Source: Eledone cirrhosa
Lineage: Eukaryota
Length of the DNA: 64,000 nt
Direction of reading: 5' to 3'
Assembly: GCA_964016885.1 (NCBI GenBank)
Contig: OZ024752.1
Location: 28,334,001-28,398,000 of the forward strand
The translations under genes were made by a program, and so were the position numbers. Within the stretch, counting starts at the first letter, position 1; each line of letters begins with the position of its first letter. Below the pieces are notes generated by a model. That model made no database searches and was not told the origin of the DNA. It saw only the letters and a program-made list of their open reading frames with translations. Of the stretch, positions 47,901 to 62,555 are shown piece by piece.

Positions 47901-49272
47901 TTGTATATTTGACAATACAGTAATGAAACATTAACCGAATTTATACTGCAGAAAAGAAACTATGACTACCCTAGAGATATTATATAAATCATTCTTGTTT
48001 GAATTGTTTGTTTTATATATTACTATCGTATATTTAGTATTACTATATGCTATAATATTCTTAAGTTACAAAATCAAAATTAACAATAACAGCCCCTCAA
48101 ATTCTTCACACGTTATAGAAACCTGAAAAACATCCAACACCTCAGATGTAACAGCATTTCAATTTAAAACCACCCACATGGAAATATAATTACATACATA
48201 GAATTATATTGCCTGAAGCTAAGTAATTTAAGTTGAAAACAAATTAAACTGTTTCAACGAGAACCTTGGCTTAGAATAAACATAATTGGTCAAGGAATAC
48301 ATTTCTATATATTTGGTTTAATATTGCATTTTAATATATTTGGTTAAACAAAAACAAAAGAAGTGATTTAGAACTGGTTTTCAGTTGTTTCATATAATCA
48401 CTTTCCTTCTCTTTATGTTCCAGGTTTCCATGGCAGAAACAACATGGATATGGCCAGAGTTGACTTTATCTCAGACTGTTTCTATGATATTATGGATGAC
48501 TACATGAGGATGTATCAAGATGGTAACTGCAGAATGATGGTAACGTTATTAATCTACTACATCTAATAATTATAAAACAGTATGTAAGGTTCTGGGTAAG
48601 AAAGTTTATGGCTATGATATTACATATATTTCTGTTTCCTGTGCTATATATATATTTCTGTTTCTGTTAGTACGCCGTCATAAGTATTTATTCTAGAACA
48701 AATACAGAAGATAGAAACTCTAATACTCTCCTTCTTGACCAGAGAAAATATAATCGTGCGGATAGTATATTCCTCCATTGAGTTGAACAGATTTTTATAT
48801 TTTAGCGAGGTCTGACTTACTCTGGTATGAATATATTTTGTAAGTTGAAGTTAGATATTTCTGACATCTCATTATCTTCTATATAATCACAGGATCCAAC
48901 AAAACTAATTCTTTTCATATTTCATCCAAATATAATTTGAAAAATAGCTTTCTTCGTATCGAAAAGGTGTCTAGAGTTTTAGCGACAAAAATAGTAACTT
49001 CTGAAGTTCATAACAGTCTAGAGGAAATATTTACATTAGTTAGTATAACTGCGGGAATACACCTTAGTCATATAGCTAAAGCGATGCATTATATTTGAGT
49101 TCGAATTTTTAAATACAAATATTTCAGTTGGAAGGGCAAATTCGAAATGATTTCTCAAGGACAAGCTTTAGTATTCATTGCTAAATATTTTAGCCCACAA
49201 ATGTTGACTCTCTAAAAGAGACGAATAAGCGTCACATTCGAATATTGGTCAGATATCGGTGAGATATGTAAA

Positions 49273-49303
<31 letters not shown>

Positions 49304-51677
49304 TTCTAAGCCGCTCAACACTGATTCAATGAGATAAGTGTATCTAAATTGCCAAATTCTACTCTGTACGCAACACTGCATATGGAATGGTTCTGTTTAC
49401 ATTGCATTTAATCAATGGTAATATTTAATATTCCAAGTCCTACACCCACTACATCAATATCTTAGTTAATTTCCTCTTCAGCTATGTTTGCATTGAATTC
49501 TATGTCTATGGCAGGAATTGTCAAGCTGTTTTCAAATACTTTCCGAAAATATTCAATCACATATGATTAGTTCTTAGATTTATTAAGCTAAATAATTTTT
49601 AAGCACACGCAAACAGACAGTTTAAATCTTCGACAAAATAACATAGTATAAAACCATAATGTGGACTATTGTAGAAATTTGTCAATTATTTTCGTTAGCT
49701 GAACTTCATAAAAGATAATAATTATGATAATATTGGTTATAAAAATAATACTACAATTAACAAAGCATGCTGATGAATCAACAAATAAATGAATTTTATT
49801 TTCCTATTTATTACAATGTAACAACAAGTCCTGTCAATTTCTTTCGTTATGTTTTTTATCCGATTTTCATTCTAATATCAACGGCATCAATTTCATTGTA
49901 ATTATGAAGTCTAACTTATTGTCATTTGAAAGTTTTACATGTAACAATATGTCAATATTATAACAACAACAGCAACAGCAGCAACAACAACAGTTACAAT
50001 AATAGTAACAATTAATAATAATAATAATTGTTTCTACTTTAGACACAAGGCCAGCAATTAGGCTGATGTTAATAATAGGCGCCGATGATGATTACTTTTT
50101 TCTCGTAATACTCAGAGGGAAGCAAAATATATTTGTTGTCATATTTAAATATTATTTTATATTACTAGATATTATAGTTATGTGCATTGTGGCGACCGTA
50201 TTTTCAAATATCAAATGTACCAATGATTTGAAAGACAGGCTTAGCAGCCATACGTCCTTCAGAGCTATTGTTAAAAGCGCTCGCCCCGGTACACTAGGAA
50301 TGCGTGGTTTAATTCACGGCAGGCCTCCCTGTCCCTCTTTTCATTTTCCATGATAATATTTTCTAGATTTTAACGTCAATGTTTTCACATTAATAATGTG
50401 TATATTTTTCTAAATTTCTAAATTTCTAATTTGAATTACAGTTCCAACGTTCCCGGGATATGAATGGCAATGTAAGTAGATAGTTTTTATTTCATAAATT
50501 TTAAATGGAAATCATTCTTGGAGTGTGTGGGTAGAGATAAAGATTATTTATACATATATGAATGCAATTGTGTACATGTATTTATGTCTCTGTATACGTA
50601 TGTCTAATGAAAGGAATGGAAACTCGAAGCCATCGCTTCAAATATATCAGTACACATACATATATATGTGTGGTGGGACATGTCTGCTTGTGTGTCAGTG
50701 TGTGTAGAATTATTTGTAAACTTTTACGCATTTTTAACATTTTTGTTTTCGTTTTTTTTTTTTCATTTAGTCTGAAAAACGCATGAGATTCAAAGAAACT
50801 TGCAACAGAATTTTGCCATTTTTGGAAAGAACTTTGGAAATGAACAACGGTGGTAGACAATTCTTTATGGGAGACCAGGTAGGTGTTTCTGTAATGCAGT
50901 AAAACAGCAATGCAGCTACTAATCACTACCTACATATTTCAATAAAACTTGATATTGTTGCAAATATTGTTGACTCTTGAACAATAATAAAGAAAGATGA
51001 ATGAGTTTATAATTGGAATGCAAAGAACACGTAAATATCACATGAGAATTTGTCTAAATATCTACATTCCTTAAAACCTATACCTCAACATAAAATATAT
51101 CTTCATTTATCCTCTCAAATAGCTTGATGGAAGCTAACTGGCTACAATTTCTTTAAAAAAAAACAAATTATATTGTAGAAATATTGTTCAGATATATTAA
51201 GTTCAACATCCTAACCATATGACATTTCCATTCATAGTTAATACATTAATCCCCGAAGCAAAAATATTGAGAACAGATTGAAATGAAACGTAATATTCCC
51301 AATGTTTGTATTCGTATTGGTAGAATAAATGATTTTAACATATTTTTATCTTATCTTTAACACACACTACAGTGTGTTTCTCGAAAACTTACTTTTTTAC
51401 ACTCGGCTTAAGCCATTTTATAATGAATTTACTTCTTTACATCTGGCTGTTGCCATTTGATAATGAACACTTCATATGATTCAACTGAGCTCAATTCCAT
51501 TCTATTCTACAGATGTCCATGGCTGATATGATGTGCTACTGTGCTCTTGAGAACCCACTTATGGAAGAATCATCAATGCTCAGCAGTTATCCCAAACTGA
51601 TGGGACTGAGGAACCGTATGATGAGCCACCCTAAGTTGTCTAGCTACCTCCAAAGAAGATCCCGTACTGAATTCTAA
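44847..51677 (+). CDS. S-crystallin gene 2, 6 coding exons: 44847-44979, 47580-47675, 48424-48539, 50442-50471, 50771-50878, 51513-51677; 215 aa
   Basis: Same exon sizes and phases as gene 1 (133/96/116/30/108/165), GT-AG sites: [215 protein letters not shown]. Confidence 0.96.
45925..47140. mobile_element. SINE cluster in S-crystallin 2 intron 1: one antisense partial copy, then full and tandem 126-bp 3'-half copies
   Basis: Repeated cccgccgagg...gcctttcatccttacggggtcgataaaataaagtaccagt; unit starts 46611 and 46737; recurring spacer tattactaatacga. Confidence 0.85.
47580..47675 (+). CDS. S-crystallin 2 exon 2
   Basis: tccttgcAG / GTAAGA; [32 protein letters not shown]. Confidence 0.95.
48424..48539 (+). 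CDS. S-crystallin 2 exon 3
   Basis: gttccAG / GTAACG; [38 protein letters not shown]. Confidence 0.95.
50442..50471 (+). CDS. S-crystallin 2 exon 4 (30-nt loop micro-exon)
   Basis: ttacAG / GTAAGT; [10 protein letters not shown]. Confidence 0.9.
50771..50878 (+). CDS. S-crystallin 2 exon 5
   Basis: tttcatttAG / GTAGGT; [36 protein letters not shown]. Confidence 0.95.
51513..51677 (+). CDS. S-crystallin 2 exon 6 (to stop)
   Basis: ttctacAG; [16 protein letters not shown]...RRSRTEF TAA; AATAAA at 51889-51894. Confidence 0.95.
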   Translation: MSMADMMCYCALENPLMEESSMLSSYPKLMGLRNRMMSHPKLSSYLQRRSRTEF

Positions 51678-51888
51678 GTGCATAAAAGCAAACTTAACTA
51701 GTATCTGCTTCTCACATTTCGTCTTCATATTCTGGATGATAAATGCTTTTCAGAATTCACAGTGGTTTTAACAGCCAATGGCTCAGATTTATAATTGTAA
51801 TAGGTATCCAACAACATTTCCATGGTCATACGGAAGCAATATATTATTTTCTGTGATGCATGTAAAATCAACAGAATATTGAGATGAA

Positions 51889-51894
51889 AATAAA
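51889..51894 (+). terminator. Polyadenylation signal of S-crystallin 2
   Basis: AATAAA about 210 nt after the stop, followed by T/GT-rich sequence. Confidence 0.55.
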
Positions 51895-52089
51895 AATATT
51901 ACAATGAAAATTACACCTTTTGTTACGCGTTTGTTGTATTTTCTTCAAATATATGTTGTTGTTTTTTTGTTTTAGTTAAATGGTTTATATGTATACTTAC
52001 ACACACGTATACATACATTCTCATACATAAACACAAACGCGATACACACGAAGAAATACACGCAGACACACATGTACATATACACACAA

Positions 52090-52640
52090 ACATGGTGGCT
52101 GCCAACTCGTTTTCGAGTACGGCCACTACTTTATATCCATGTAGGAGAACTACCGATGCGCTGAACGAGTGTGACTTTTTAGTCCAGTCAGCGACTTGAA
52201 AACTCTGGTACAAACACTACACTTGTGACAATTATTGACATATAGTGCTGGTACCATGTGATGACAAGTGCAGAGAGATCTCCAGATATAAAGCAATGCC
52301 TGTGCTGCGAAGCTTTTATAGTGTGCAAAGGCACTGCACAAAGCCAGTCCCACTCTCTTAACGAAGATGATATTTACCAAAAAGAAGAACAAGTCAACAT
52401 CATTGGATACCATCAGAGTTGCAGGTGTTATATCAGAGTTTTCCTTCTCCTAGAATTCTGCCTTGACAAAGGCTAAGTGGTCATCTCTCCCGGTGATTTT
52501 GGATGGCCATTGACTTTTAATAGCTCCTTTGCCCTTTGACAGGTTTTGTTTTTAGTCCTGCAGGATGTCCAAAGTCACCCCCTCACCAAGAAACCTTGGT
52601 GGGGTTGCCAGTTTAGTCGCCAACGACCCGACCATGAGAC
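52090..52640 (-). mobile_element. Internally deleted RTE-type element (second copy at 57140-57550)
   Basis: Minus-strand C2H2 finger CSVCTRVFKSLTGLKSHTRSAHR*; 3' end ...ggcagccaccatgt resembles 39480-39500; two near-identical copies. Confidence 0.65.
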
Positions 52641-52667
52641 ATACAAACATACATACATACATACATA

Positions 52668-53650
52668 AAAGATAGATAATATAGATAAGGAAAGTAGTCT
52701 ATCTTGGACCAACAACCGCTATATTGGCTCCCACTTTGAAGGATACGCTTTTGCAATCCAAGAACAGGAGATTAGCACGAAATACCTGATTCACAAAAGA
52801 GATAGGGATGCAGGCAAAACACCTAGATGTGATAACAAGTGCAGACTCTGCAGAACTAACATCGAGGATATCACCCATGTCATCAGCAGCTGCCCAAAGA
52901 TGTCATGGCGGTACTATCTACTTATGAGGCATGATGTAGTGGCCAAACACTGTTAATGCAGTTCGTAAAAAAGATATCCCCGATAATAAACACATTAAAA
53001 GCTACAACAATGTGGAAGACATCCATGTACATAATATGAAAGAGTACTGGTGGAATGTTCCAGTAAAAACCCCAATAAAATGCAGGCATAACAGACCAGA
53101 TATTATGATATGGGACAGGGAGAAAAAAACATGCACAGTAGTGGAAATTAGCTGCCCAACAGATGCCAATATAATATCAAAGATTAGCGAAAAGGAGAAT
53201 ATTTATGCAGAACTGATGAGAAATCTGCAGATACTCCACCCTGATTACACCTTCAGATTTATGCCTGTGATAATTGGGGCACTGGGGTATGTTAGTAACT
53301 GCCTCAATACAAATAATACAAATCTTGAGAAGCTAGGCTTCACAGGAACAGAAAGAACACAACTAGTTAGGAAATTACAAGTAGAACAGTAAAATTATGT
53401 AAAACATTCCAAAAGTTTTGCATCTAATAACTGCATATACACATGTACAGATACAAAGCATATACATATGCACACATACAACTCAAAACATATACATCCA
53501 CACATACAATAACATCCATATCTACACATGCATGCATACATAATCTACCTAGTTGATGTTGTGTAAATTCCAATGAGAGAGTCTTGTGTCTATGTTAGAA
53601 ACCGACTCTCTCTATTGGGAAAAGATTTGTGAAATTATAAAACCAGAAGA
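52668..53650 (+). mobile_element. 3' fragment of a second RLE-type (R4/Dong-like) LINE family (middle fragment at about 57682-58100)
   Basis: EGYAFAIQEQEI, CRLC...EDITHVISSC zinc knuckle, RHD, HNRPDIMIWD..VVEISCP; (ACAT)n on both sides. Confidence 0.85.
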
Positions 53651-53679
53651 ACATACATACATACATACATACATACATA

Positions 53680-56600
53680 TGTAGGCTAAAAACTTTATGG
53701 AACTCCAAACACCCAGAATTAGACTTTTCTCCAAAGCATCTAAATGAACAGGCTAACGTATCATTAGATGTAAATTGATACATCTAACGGAATTGAGTGA
53801 TACTACAAATACAGCCCTTGTAGACAACCACCCCACCTCCACTGACAGACAAAGAGAATGGCCAGCTAAATCTAACAGTGAACAGCTCACCAACAATTTT
53901 GCTGAAATCCATCCCACTTCCACTGAAGAACAGCGAGAAAGGTCAGCTGACTCTAGTAGTAATTGTCAACACATCAACAACGAGGCTGAAATGCATGACT
54001 CTACTGAACAAACAGAGCACCAAAAACTTGTGGGCACCCTACAAGTGATATGGAACGATATGTTTCAAGAGATACACAGCCTTAATGTGAGTGACAGACC
54101 ATACAACACTAGAGTCAGTAAAGAACCCACTAAATTGGAATTGGAAGCGGTGAATGAAATAGCTGGCAATTATCTGAAGGCTATACGATCTAAAGGTGTA
54201 GAAACGACATTTGAAACGCTTAATGTTTTGTTATATGTTTCAGCTGTCACATTGCTATCATATAACACACATCTAAAACCACGCAATCAAGATACAAACA
54301 GAAAGCTTGAACCAGCGTGGATGCGAAATTTAAAAAGCAAAATTTTGTCCCTGAGACGAAGTATCTCACACATCGCAGTCGTTATGAAATGAAACATAGA
54401 GAGCAACTTCACACGACACCAGGAAGACCTAAAAAAAATTAGAGAGACGATTTGGAGATACAAAATTTAAAACTTTGAACTCCAAATTACACCAGTTGAA
54501 ACAACAACTCACAGCTACAAGAGAAAGACTAAAATATAAATCAACAGCACATAAACGACAAGTGCTAAATAGATTGTTTGCCAGAGATCCTAAATCAGTT
54601 TATCGCAGCTTCGGTGGCAAAAGCTCAATCCCTGTAAATGACACTCCTTCAAAAGAACAGGTTGAGAGCTACTGAAGATCTGTATGGGAAACGGGTGACG
54701 GATTCAACAGACAAACTAATTGGCTAAAAGAACTGGAACAGGACTACTGCCAACATGTCCAGACAAAACAATATGACATAGATGGGTCAATACTGGAAAC
54801 AGCTCTACAGAAAATGTCGAATAGGAAATCGCCAGGCCCAGACCTCATTACAGGATACTGTTTGAAGAATTTCACTTTCTATCGGCAAGATCTCATACGG
54901 CTGTTTACAGAAACCATTAAGGGCACACAAGAACTGCCCAGATACTTATCAACTGCCACTACTCTCCTCATTCCCCAAAATAGCCAAACCACCCTTGCTA
55001 AAAATTACCGCCCAATAGCCTGCCAAAACATCATGTATAAATTATATACTGGGTGCCTTAACCTGTTCTTACAGGGTCACTGTGCTACCAACAACATCAT
55101 AACACCTGAGCAAGCTGGTGGAAAGAGTGAGGTGTGGGGTTGCATAGATCACCTACTAACTAACAAAATGATTCAGGAAAAAACAACAAAGAATCGCAGA
55201 AACATGACTGTCGTGTGGCTGGACTATCAAAAAGCATTTGATAGTGTACATCATGGGTGGATTATTAAGGCTTTACAGTTAGCTAAAGTCCCACAACCAT
55301 TGGTAGCTGCTGTTGAACGTCTGACCAAGAACTGGTACACCAATTTTATCCTTAGAGGTGAGAAGGAGCAGGTTAAGACTGATAAGATACATTACCAGAA
55401 GGGCATCTTTCAGGGTGATAGCTTGTCAGTGCTACTCTTCGTTCTCTCACTGAATCCACTATCTTACCTACTCAAGAAACAAGATGGACAAAGAAGTGGG
55501 CCCAGAAGTATCTCCCATCTTTTCTTTGTTGATGACCTGAAGTTGTATGGGCCAAATATCAATGACATCAAGAAACAATTGGACCTCATTACACAATTTT
55601 CAACCGACATCAAAATGAAATTTTATGAGTCCAAGTGTGCATATTTGGCAGTAAAACGTGGAAGAGCTGTGCCCTCCTCTAGAAATCTAGAGATGAACGG
55701 CCTGACAATACAACCTCTGCAGTCAGGTGACAACTACAGATATCTTGGACAGGATGAGAATGTCAGATATGATGGACGCATAAATAAGGAGAGAACCAGA
55801 ACTGAATACCTCAGAAGAGTAAAGAAAATATGGTCATCAGAACTGTCGGCATACAACAAATACTTTGCCCACAATACTTATGCTGTGCCAATTCTAACGC
55901 CAACATTTGGCCTACTGAACTGGTCATTACAAGAACTAAGTGAGATGGATGTTAGAACTCGAAAACTTCTCAGTGTTACTGGGAACTTTAACATCAATGG
56001 TGATGTGGATAGGCTATACTTCTCACGCAAGGAAGGTGGCGGGGTCTAAAATCAATATTAACAACATATGAGACCCGGATAGTAACACTGAAGCAACACC
56101 TTCAACAGAGGAAAAAGGTTGGCAACCATCTTGCCCAGGTTTATGAGCATGAAAAAAGAAATATCATTAGAATAGCGACTGATCTGGAGGAGAGATATGG
56201 AATAAAGCCTGATATAAATCTCTCACCCAGAGAAATCGGAAGATCCTATTCAATGTTCAAACAAGATAAAAAAATTGACTAATTTACAGAAAAAGTTGTG
56301 CATGGATACTTGAGGCGTAAAACACAGACCTGTGGGATAAACCACTCAAAAAGCCTGGCATGGAGTTCCGACAAGTTTATGACATCACACCTTGAGGGAT
56401 ATCTCTATGCATACAGGAACAAGAACTCCCTACCAAATATCTGCTGCACAAAAGAGGAGGTCCAGCAGCTGACAATAAATGTAGGCTATGTAAAACAAAG
56501 ATCGAGGATGTAAGCCACATTGTTGCCAGCTGCGAAAGAATGTCATCTCGCTACTACCTCCCCATGAGACACGATGGGATAGCTAGAACCATCTGGAACG

Positions 56601-57135
56601 CACTTCGGAAAACAAGATTAACAACAAACGAGGAAGAATATATTGAGACAGATGGCACTAAGGAATACTGGTGGAACCTGAAAATAAAAACTCCCACCAA
56701 ATTAAAGCACAACCGGCCTGATATTGTAGTTTGGGACCACACATTGAAAATGTGTTCTGTTGTGGAGATCAGCTGCCCACTTGATGTAAACGTTGTCAGA
56801 AAAATACAGGAGAAGGAGGACATCTACGGACCATTGATGAGGAGTTTACAAATCCAGTATCCAAGATACACCTTTAGCTTCATACCCATCATTATTGGTG
56901 CTACGGGTTATATACCAACCCGCTTGGACCAAAGTATGACTGAACTTGGATTTGCGGACAAAAAGCGCAGCTCCCTAATTCATAGTCTACAAATGGCTGC
57001 GATAGCTGGCACCTTCAAAATTTGCAAAACATTCTTGCGATTCAAGGGATGACAATTTCTTTTCTTTTGCAACCTTGCCACCAGGAAGGTGGCCGGTCAA
57101 AAAAATATACTCGAAATTAAGAGAAAGAGAAAACA
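53680..57135 (+). mobile_element. Near-complete, frameshifted non-LTR retrotransposon with RT + CCHC + restriction-like endonuclease (R4/Dong-like)
   Basis: KSPGPD, NYRPIAC, WLDYQKAFDSV, GIFQGDSLS, HLFFVDDLKLY, YRYLG, RLY..RKEGG.G, RHDGIAR, HNRPDIV..VEISCP; several stops and frameshifts; (ACAT)n flanks. Confidence 0.92.
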
Positions 57136-58389
57136 TACATGGTGGCTGCCATCTCGTTTTCGAGAACGGCCACTACTTTATATCCATATAGGAGAACCCC
57201 TACTGATGTGCTGAACGAGTGTGACTTTTTAGTCCAGCCAGCGACTTGAAAACTCTGGTACAAACACTACTCTTGTGACAATTACTGACACATAGTGCTG
57301 GGCCCATTGTACCCTGTGATGACAAGTGCAGAGAGATCTCCAGATATAAAGCAATGCATGTGCCGTAAAGCTTTTATAGTTAGCAAAGGCACTGCACAAA
57401 GCCAGTCCCACTCTCTTAACCAAGATGATATTTACCAAAAAGAAGAACAAGTCAACATCATTGGATACCATCAGAGTTGCAGGTGTTATATCAGAGTTTT
57501 CATTCTCCTAGAATTCTACCTTGACAAAGGCTAAGGGGTCATCTAAGGGGATACATACATACATACATACATACATACATACATACATACATACATACGT
57601 ACGTACATACATACATACATACATACATACATACATACATACATACATACATACATACATACATACATACATACATACATACTCGATTGGACGATAGACG
57701 AAATCCGAGCAATTGATGTTAGAAGTCGAAAAATACGAAACAAAACCAGAAACTTTCACATCAACAGTGACATAGCCCGCCTCTACTTGAAACGTAAGCA
57801 GGGAGGCAGAGGCCTAAAATCAGTACAAACAACATTTGAATGTCGCATCATATCTCCCCGACAACATTTACGAACCTCGAAGCGTAGGAACCAATCTATC
57901 GAGCAAGTCTATCTGCATTAGACAGATAAGATAATAAGAATTGGGAAGGAGGTCCTTGAAAGATATTCCTTGCGTGATAATCAAAGACTCACGCCCAGGG
58001 AAGTTGCCCAGGAGTACCGCAGTGAATCCATGGATGAAAATCTGCATGCTTATCAGCAAAAGATTATGCATGGTTATGTTGCCAGGAAGCTCTCATAGCT
58101 ATCATAGTAGCTGTGTGAGATATTACACGCGTGTTTCTGGATTTTTATTCATCGTCGGTGACATATACTCACTTGGTACTGAGAAAAGAACAAATTTATA
58201 GCTCATAGGCTTTTCGGTGCATGAAACAAAACATGGGCTGGAGACGCTCATATAGTGTGAATTTGATCCGTTATGATTAATTATCTGTAGCTTGGTTCAT
58301 AATAGATTTGTATATAACGTGATATATACATATATACATATATACATGTATACATATATACATACATATATACACATACACACACACAC

Positions 58390-58450
<61 letters not shown>

Positions 58451-58601
58451 GAGAGAGAGAGAGAGAGAGAGATATTATTTCTATGTCGCATAAATACACA
58501 TATGCATACATTTTAAATCACTATAGCTAAGCAAATATGCAGAATAAACCATACAAATGTCTCCATTTGATGATCATTATTCACAAGTTTATATATATAT
58601 G

Positions 58602-58716
<115 letters not shown>

Positions 58717-58739
58717 ATATATATATACACCATTACTGT

Positions 58740-58775
<36 letters not shown>

Positions 58776-58823
58776 CACCATTACATATATGTGTGTGTGT
58801 ATATATATATACACCATTACTGT

Positions 58824-58859
<36 letters not shown>

Positions 58860-59005
58860 CACCATTACGTATATATATATACAACATTGTGTGTGTGTAT
58901 ATATATATACAACCATTACTGTTGGAAGCTCCCGGAGCTTCCAACAGTAATGGTTGCATTTTTTAAGGGTATGTCAATATTTATTTATAAAACTGATCTA
59001 TATTA

Positions 59006-59070
59006 TATTTTATCTGATGAAAGCACACCATAATTTAACTTGGTGTCCTTGAAATATGTGTAATGAAATA
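59006..59070 (+). ncRNA. Type I hammerhead ribozyme candidate, family K (related to J)
   Basis: tattttat CTGATGA aag c acacca taatttaact tggtgt c ctt GAAA tatgtg TA atgaaata. Confidence 0.75.
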
Positions 59071-59223
59071 AATATGGTTTTATAAATATAGTTTCCATTT
59101 GTTAATATCGTATTTTTACTGCAAATATTTGTTGAGTGCTTTATATCAGTTATAAAAATATTTGCTTGTTGTATCCCAACAATTTAAATAGAACTTTTAC
59201 ATATATATATATATATGTATATG

Positions 59224-59270
<47 letters not shown>

Positions 59271-59271
59271 G

Positions 59272-59303
<32 letters not shown>

Positions 59304-59415
59304 TGTATATAAATATATATATATATATGTATATAAATATATATATATATATGTATATATATATATGTATATGTATATATATATATATGTATATATATAT
59401 ACATATATATATATG

Positions 59416-59474
<59 letters not shown>

Positions 59475-59563
59475 GTATATATATATATGTATATATATAT
59501 ATAAATATATAAATATATATGTATATATATATGTATATGTATATATATATGTATATGTATATG

Positions 59564-59595
<32 letters not shown>

Positions 59596-59630
59596 CATAT
59601 ATACATATATACATATACATATATATATAC

Positions 59631-59728
<98 letters not shown>

Positions 59729-62107
59729 GTATATATATATATATATTTATATATATATAATTTGCTTAGCTATAGTAATTTAAAATATTTTGTAATTTCC
59801 CGTGATGTCATATAATCCAAAATCCCCTAGTGGGCAATAAAGTTACAGATTTTACTATATTCTCAGCAATAAGTTTTGTGGATACTTTGCACGTGTTCGG
59901 ATTATATGACGAAACACTAAAATGTAATCTGAACGTGAAAACATTTCGGTTTAAAACAATAGGAAAGTTTAATATTTATTTGTATAGTGTTATAGATCAT
60001 TACTACCGATCTGAGTTCAAATCCCGCCGAGGTTAACTTTGCCTTTCATCCTTACGGGGTCGATAAAATAAAGTACCAGTAATACACTGGGGTAATAGCT
60101 GGCCTTGTGTCCAAAGTTAAAACAATTATTACCGATCAATGCTTTCAGCTTCAAATATATATTTCACAGAGGTACAACAATTTCAGCTTAAATGAAACTA
60201 ATAATTTAATTATTTCTTTATTCGCTGCATTTTCTGGAGTTAGAATGTTGCTTACCCTTCATCAACTATCCATCTTATCAACAAATAATAAGATTTGCAA
60301 TCTTCAAGTGTGGGAAAACGCCATATGTCCCTTTGGTCTTCCGTTGATATTTTAAGAGATATATGACTGTCTGAGATATCTACCTGCTTAGAATTCATAC
60401 AAGTTTGAATAGCAAATGAAGATATCAGCATTTTCATGATTGCTCTCATTCGTAGAAATTGTGTCTATACTTACTTCTCTCTCCGCCGTTACTATCTGTC
60501 TATCTTGTATTATCTGGATTGGCAGTATCGGTAGAGTGTCGGACACCATGCTTTGCAGCAAAGAGTTACGGCCGTTTATGATCTGAGTTCAAATCCTGCC
60601 GAGATTAACTTTGCCATTCATCCTTACGGGGTCGATAAAATAAGGCATCAGTCATACACTGGGGTAATTGCTGGCCTTGTGCCAAAAGTAGAAACAATTA
60701 TCATCATGATGAAGGAGGCGACTCGTTCTTCAACTGTTAAAATGTATAGCTCGGTATCTTTGTCTTAGTTTATATACTCTTCAAAATGTTCTTCTCTCAT
60801 TACAGTGATCACTCTATCTTCTCATTTATCTGGTTACATATATCCAGCCGTAAAGCTATTCTTTTGATGAATGTGGTAGTCTACAGATTCTTCCACAGTT
60901 GTGTGATAAGATGAATATTATCCAGCAGTGTAATTATTTTGGCATTATTTATATTTTGGATTTTCTTTCTGGGGGAACATCAATTTCAAGAATTAGCTCT
61001 TTACTTAGTAATTTCAAAGCTATCATAATATTTTGATCATCTCTCCATCAAATTATCTCAACCTTGTGGCAACTAAATCTTCAGTTATACAGACATCCTT
61101 TTTGGTTACATAAATCACCGAAAGAATCTCGTACGAAAGCAATTTGGTTCTATAATGGCTTGTCTCTGTAGTGACGTCTAATTTCCTCTTCATGTATTAC
61201 CGGGCATTTTACACACCAGATTACATATATCATGCAGAAGAAATCTGTGTATTATCTGCAGCAGAGTTTATAGTTGTATATAACGTCTAATTCACGGCCA
61301 CACAAGCATTTTATTTGTTGTATACCCATTGCATATATTTTTCTTACCAGTATGATTTTCTAATATTTTGGTTTATGTTCTGAACATAAGGCCAAAAAGC
61401 ATGGAAGGTGAAAGGGAGTAATCTTGCAATAATGTCTGCATTTGCAAAATTGTTTGTGACACAGCTATTATTTGTTTAATATAAATGTATATAATGTGGA
61501 TTGGCAGTATCGGTAGAGGGTCGGACGCCATGCTTTCCAGCATAGTTACGTCCCTTTACGATCTGAGTTCAAATCCCGCCGAGGTTGACTTTGCCTTTCA
61601 TCCTTACGGGGTCGATAAAATAAAGTACCAGTAATGAACTGGGTAATTACTGGCCTTGTGCCTAAAGTAGAAACAAATATAAATGTATATGTTTGATATT
61701 GCCCACTTAATAATTGCTATTTGCTCTGTTCACGCATTGAGGACACTCAAAAACCATCTTTATAAGTGATCCATCTTATACTGTTATATTTTGTACCTAG
61801 CACTGTTATTGCATTTCATAAGCAGCAGTAAATCTCAATTACAAAATTGTCCTCCACGCGTAATATGTATGGAATGATTCTACACACATTACATTTGATA
61901 AATTGTGGTATTTAATCCCCCTAGTCAAATATATCACTGATATCATTATGTTTTCTCTTCACATATGTTTGCATCGAATTCTGTAGATTACTGGAATTAT
62001 CAAGCTGCTTTCAAATATTTCACTACATAAAACATAATTGGAATAAGTTGGGAGTTCATACAACAATGTGAAATAGTTTAATATATCCAATTAGAAACTT
62101 GGAAACA

Positions 62108-62196
<89 letters not shown>

Positions 62197-62477
62197 CAAA
62201 CCACTACAAAATAACAAAATATAAGACCAATATGTGAAATTTCTAGATTGTTAATAGGAAATATTCATTACTCTTGTTGAACTTTATATCAGAGAAAACT
62301 ACGACCATAACAACAACAACATTAAGAACAAGAAGAATGAAGATTACCGGGATGAGGACTAAAGGTAACGAGATTGTGTAAATGTAGATAAATAAATACT
62401 ATTATACGACTTAACTAGTTCACATATATGTTTTCTTTGGCCGGTATGTATAATTATGTATGTGTATTACACACGCG

Positions 62478-62555
<78 letters not shown>

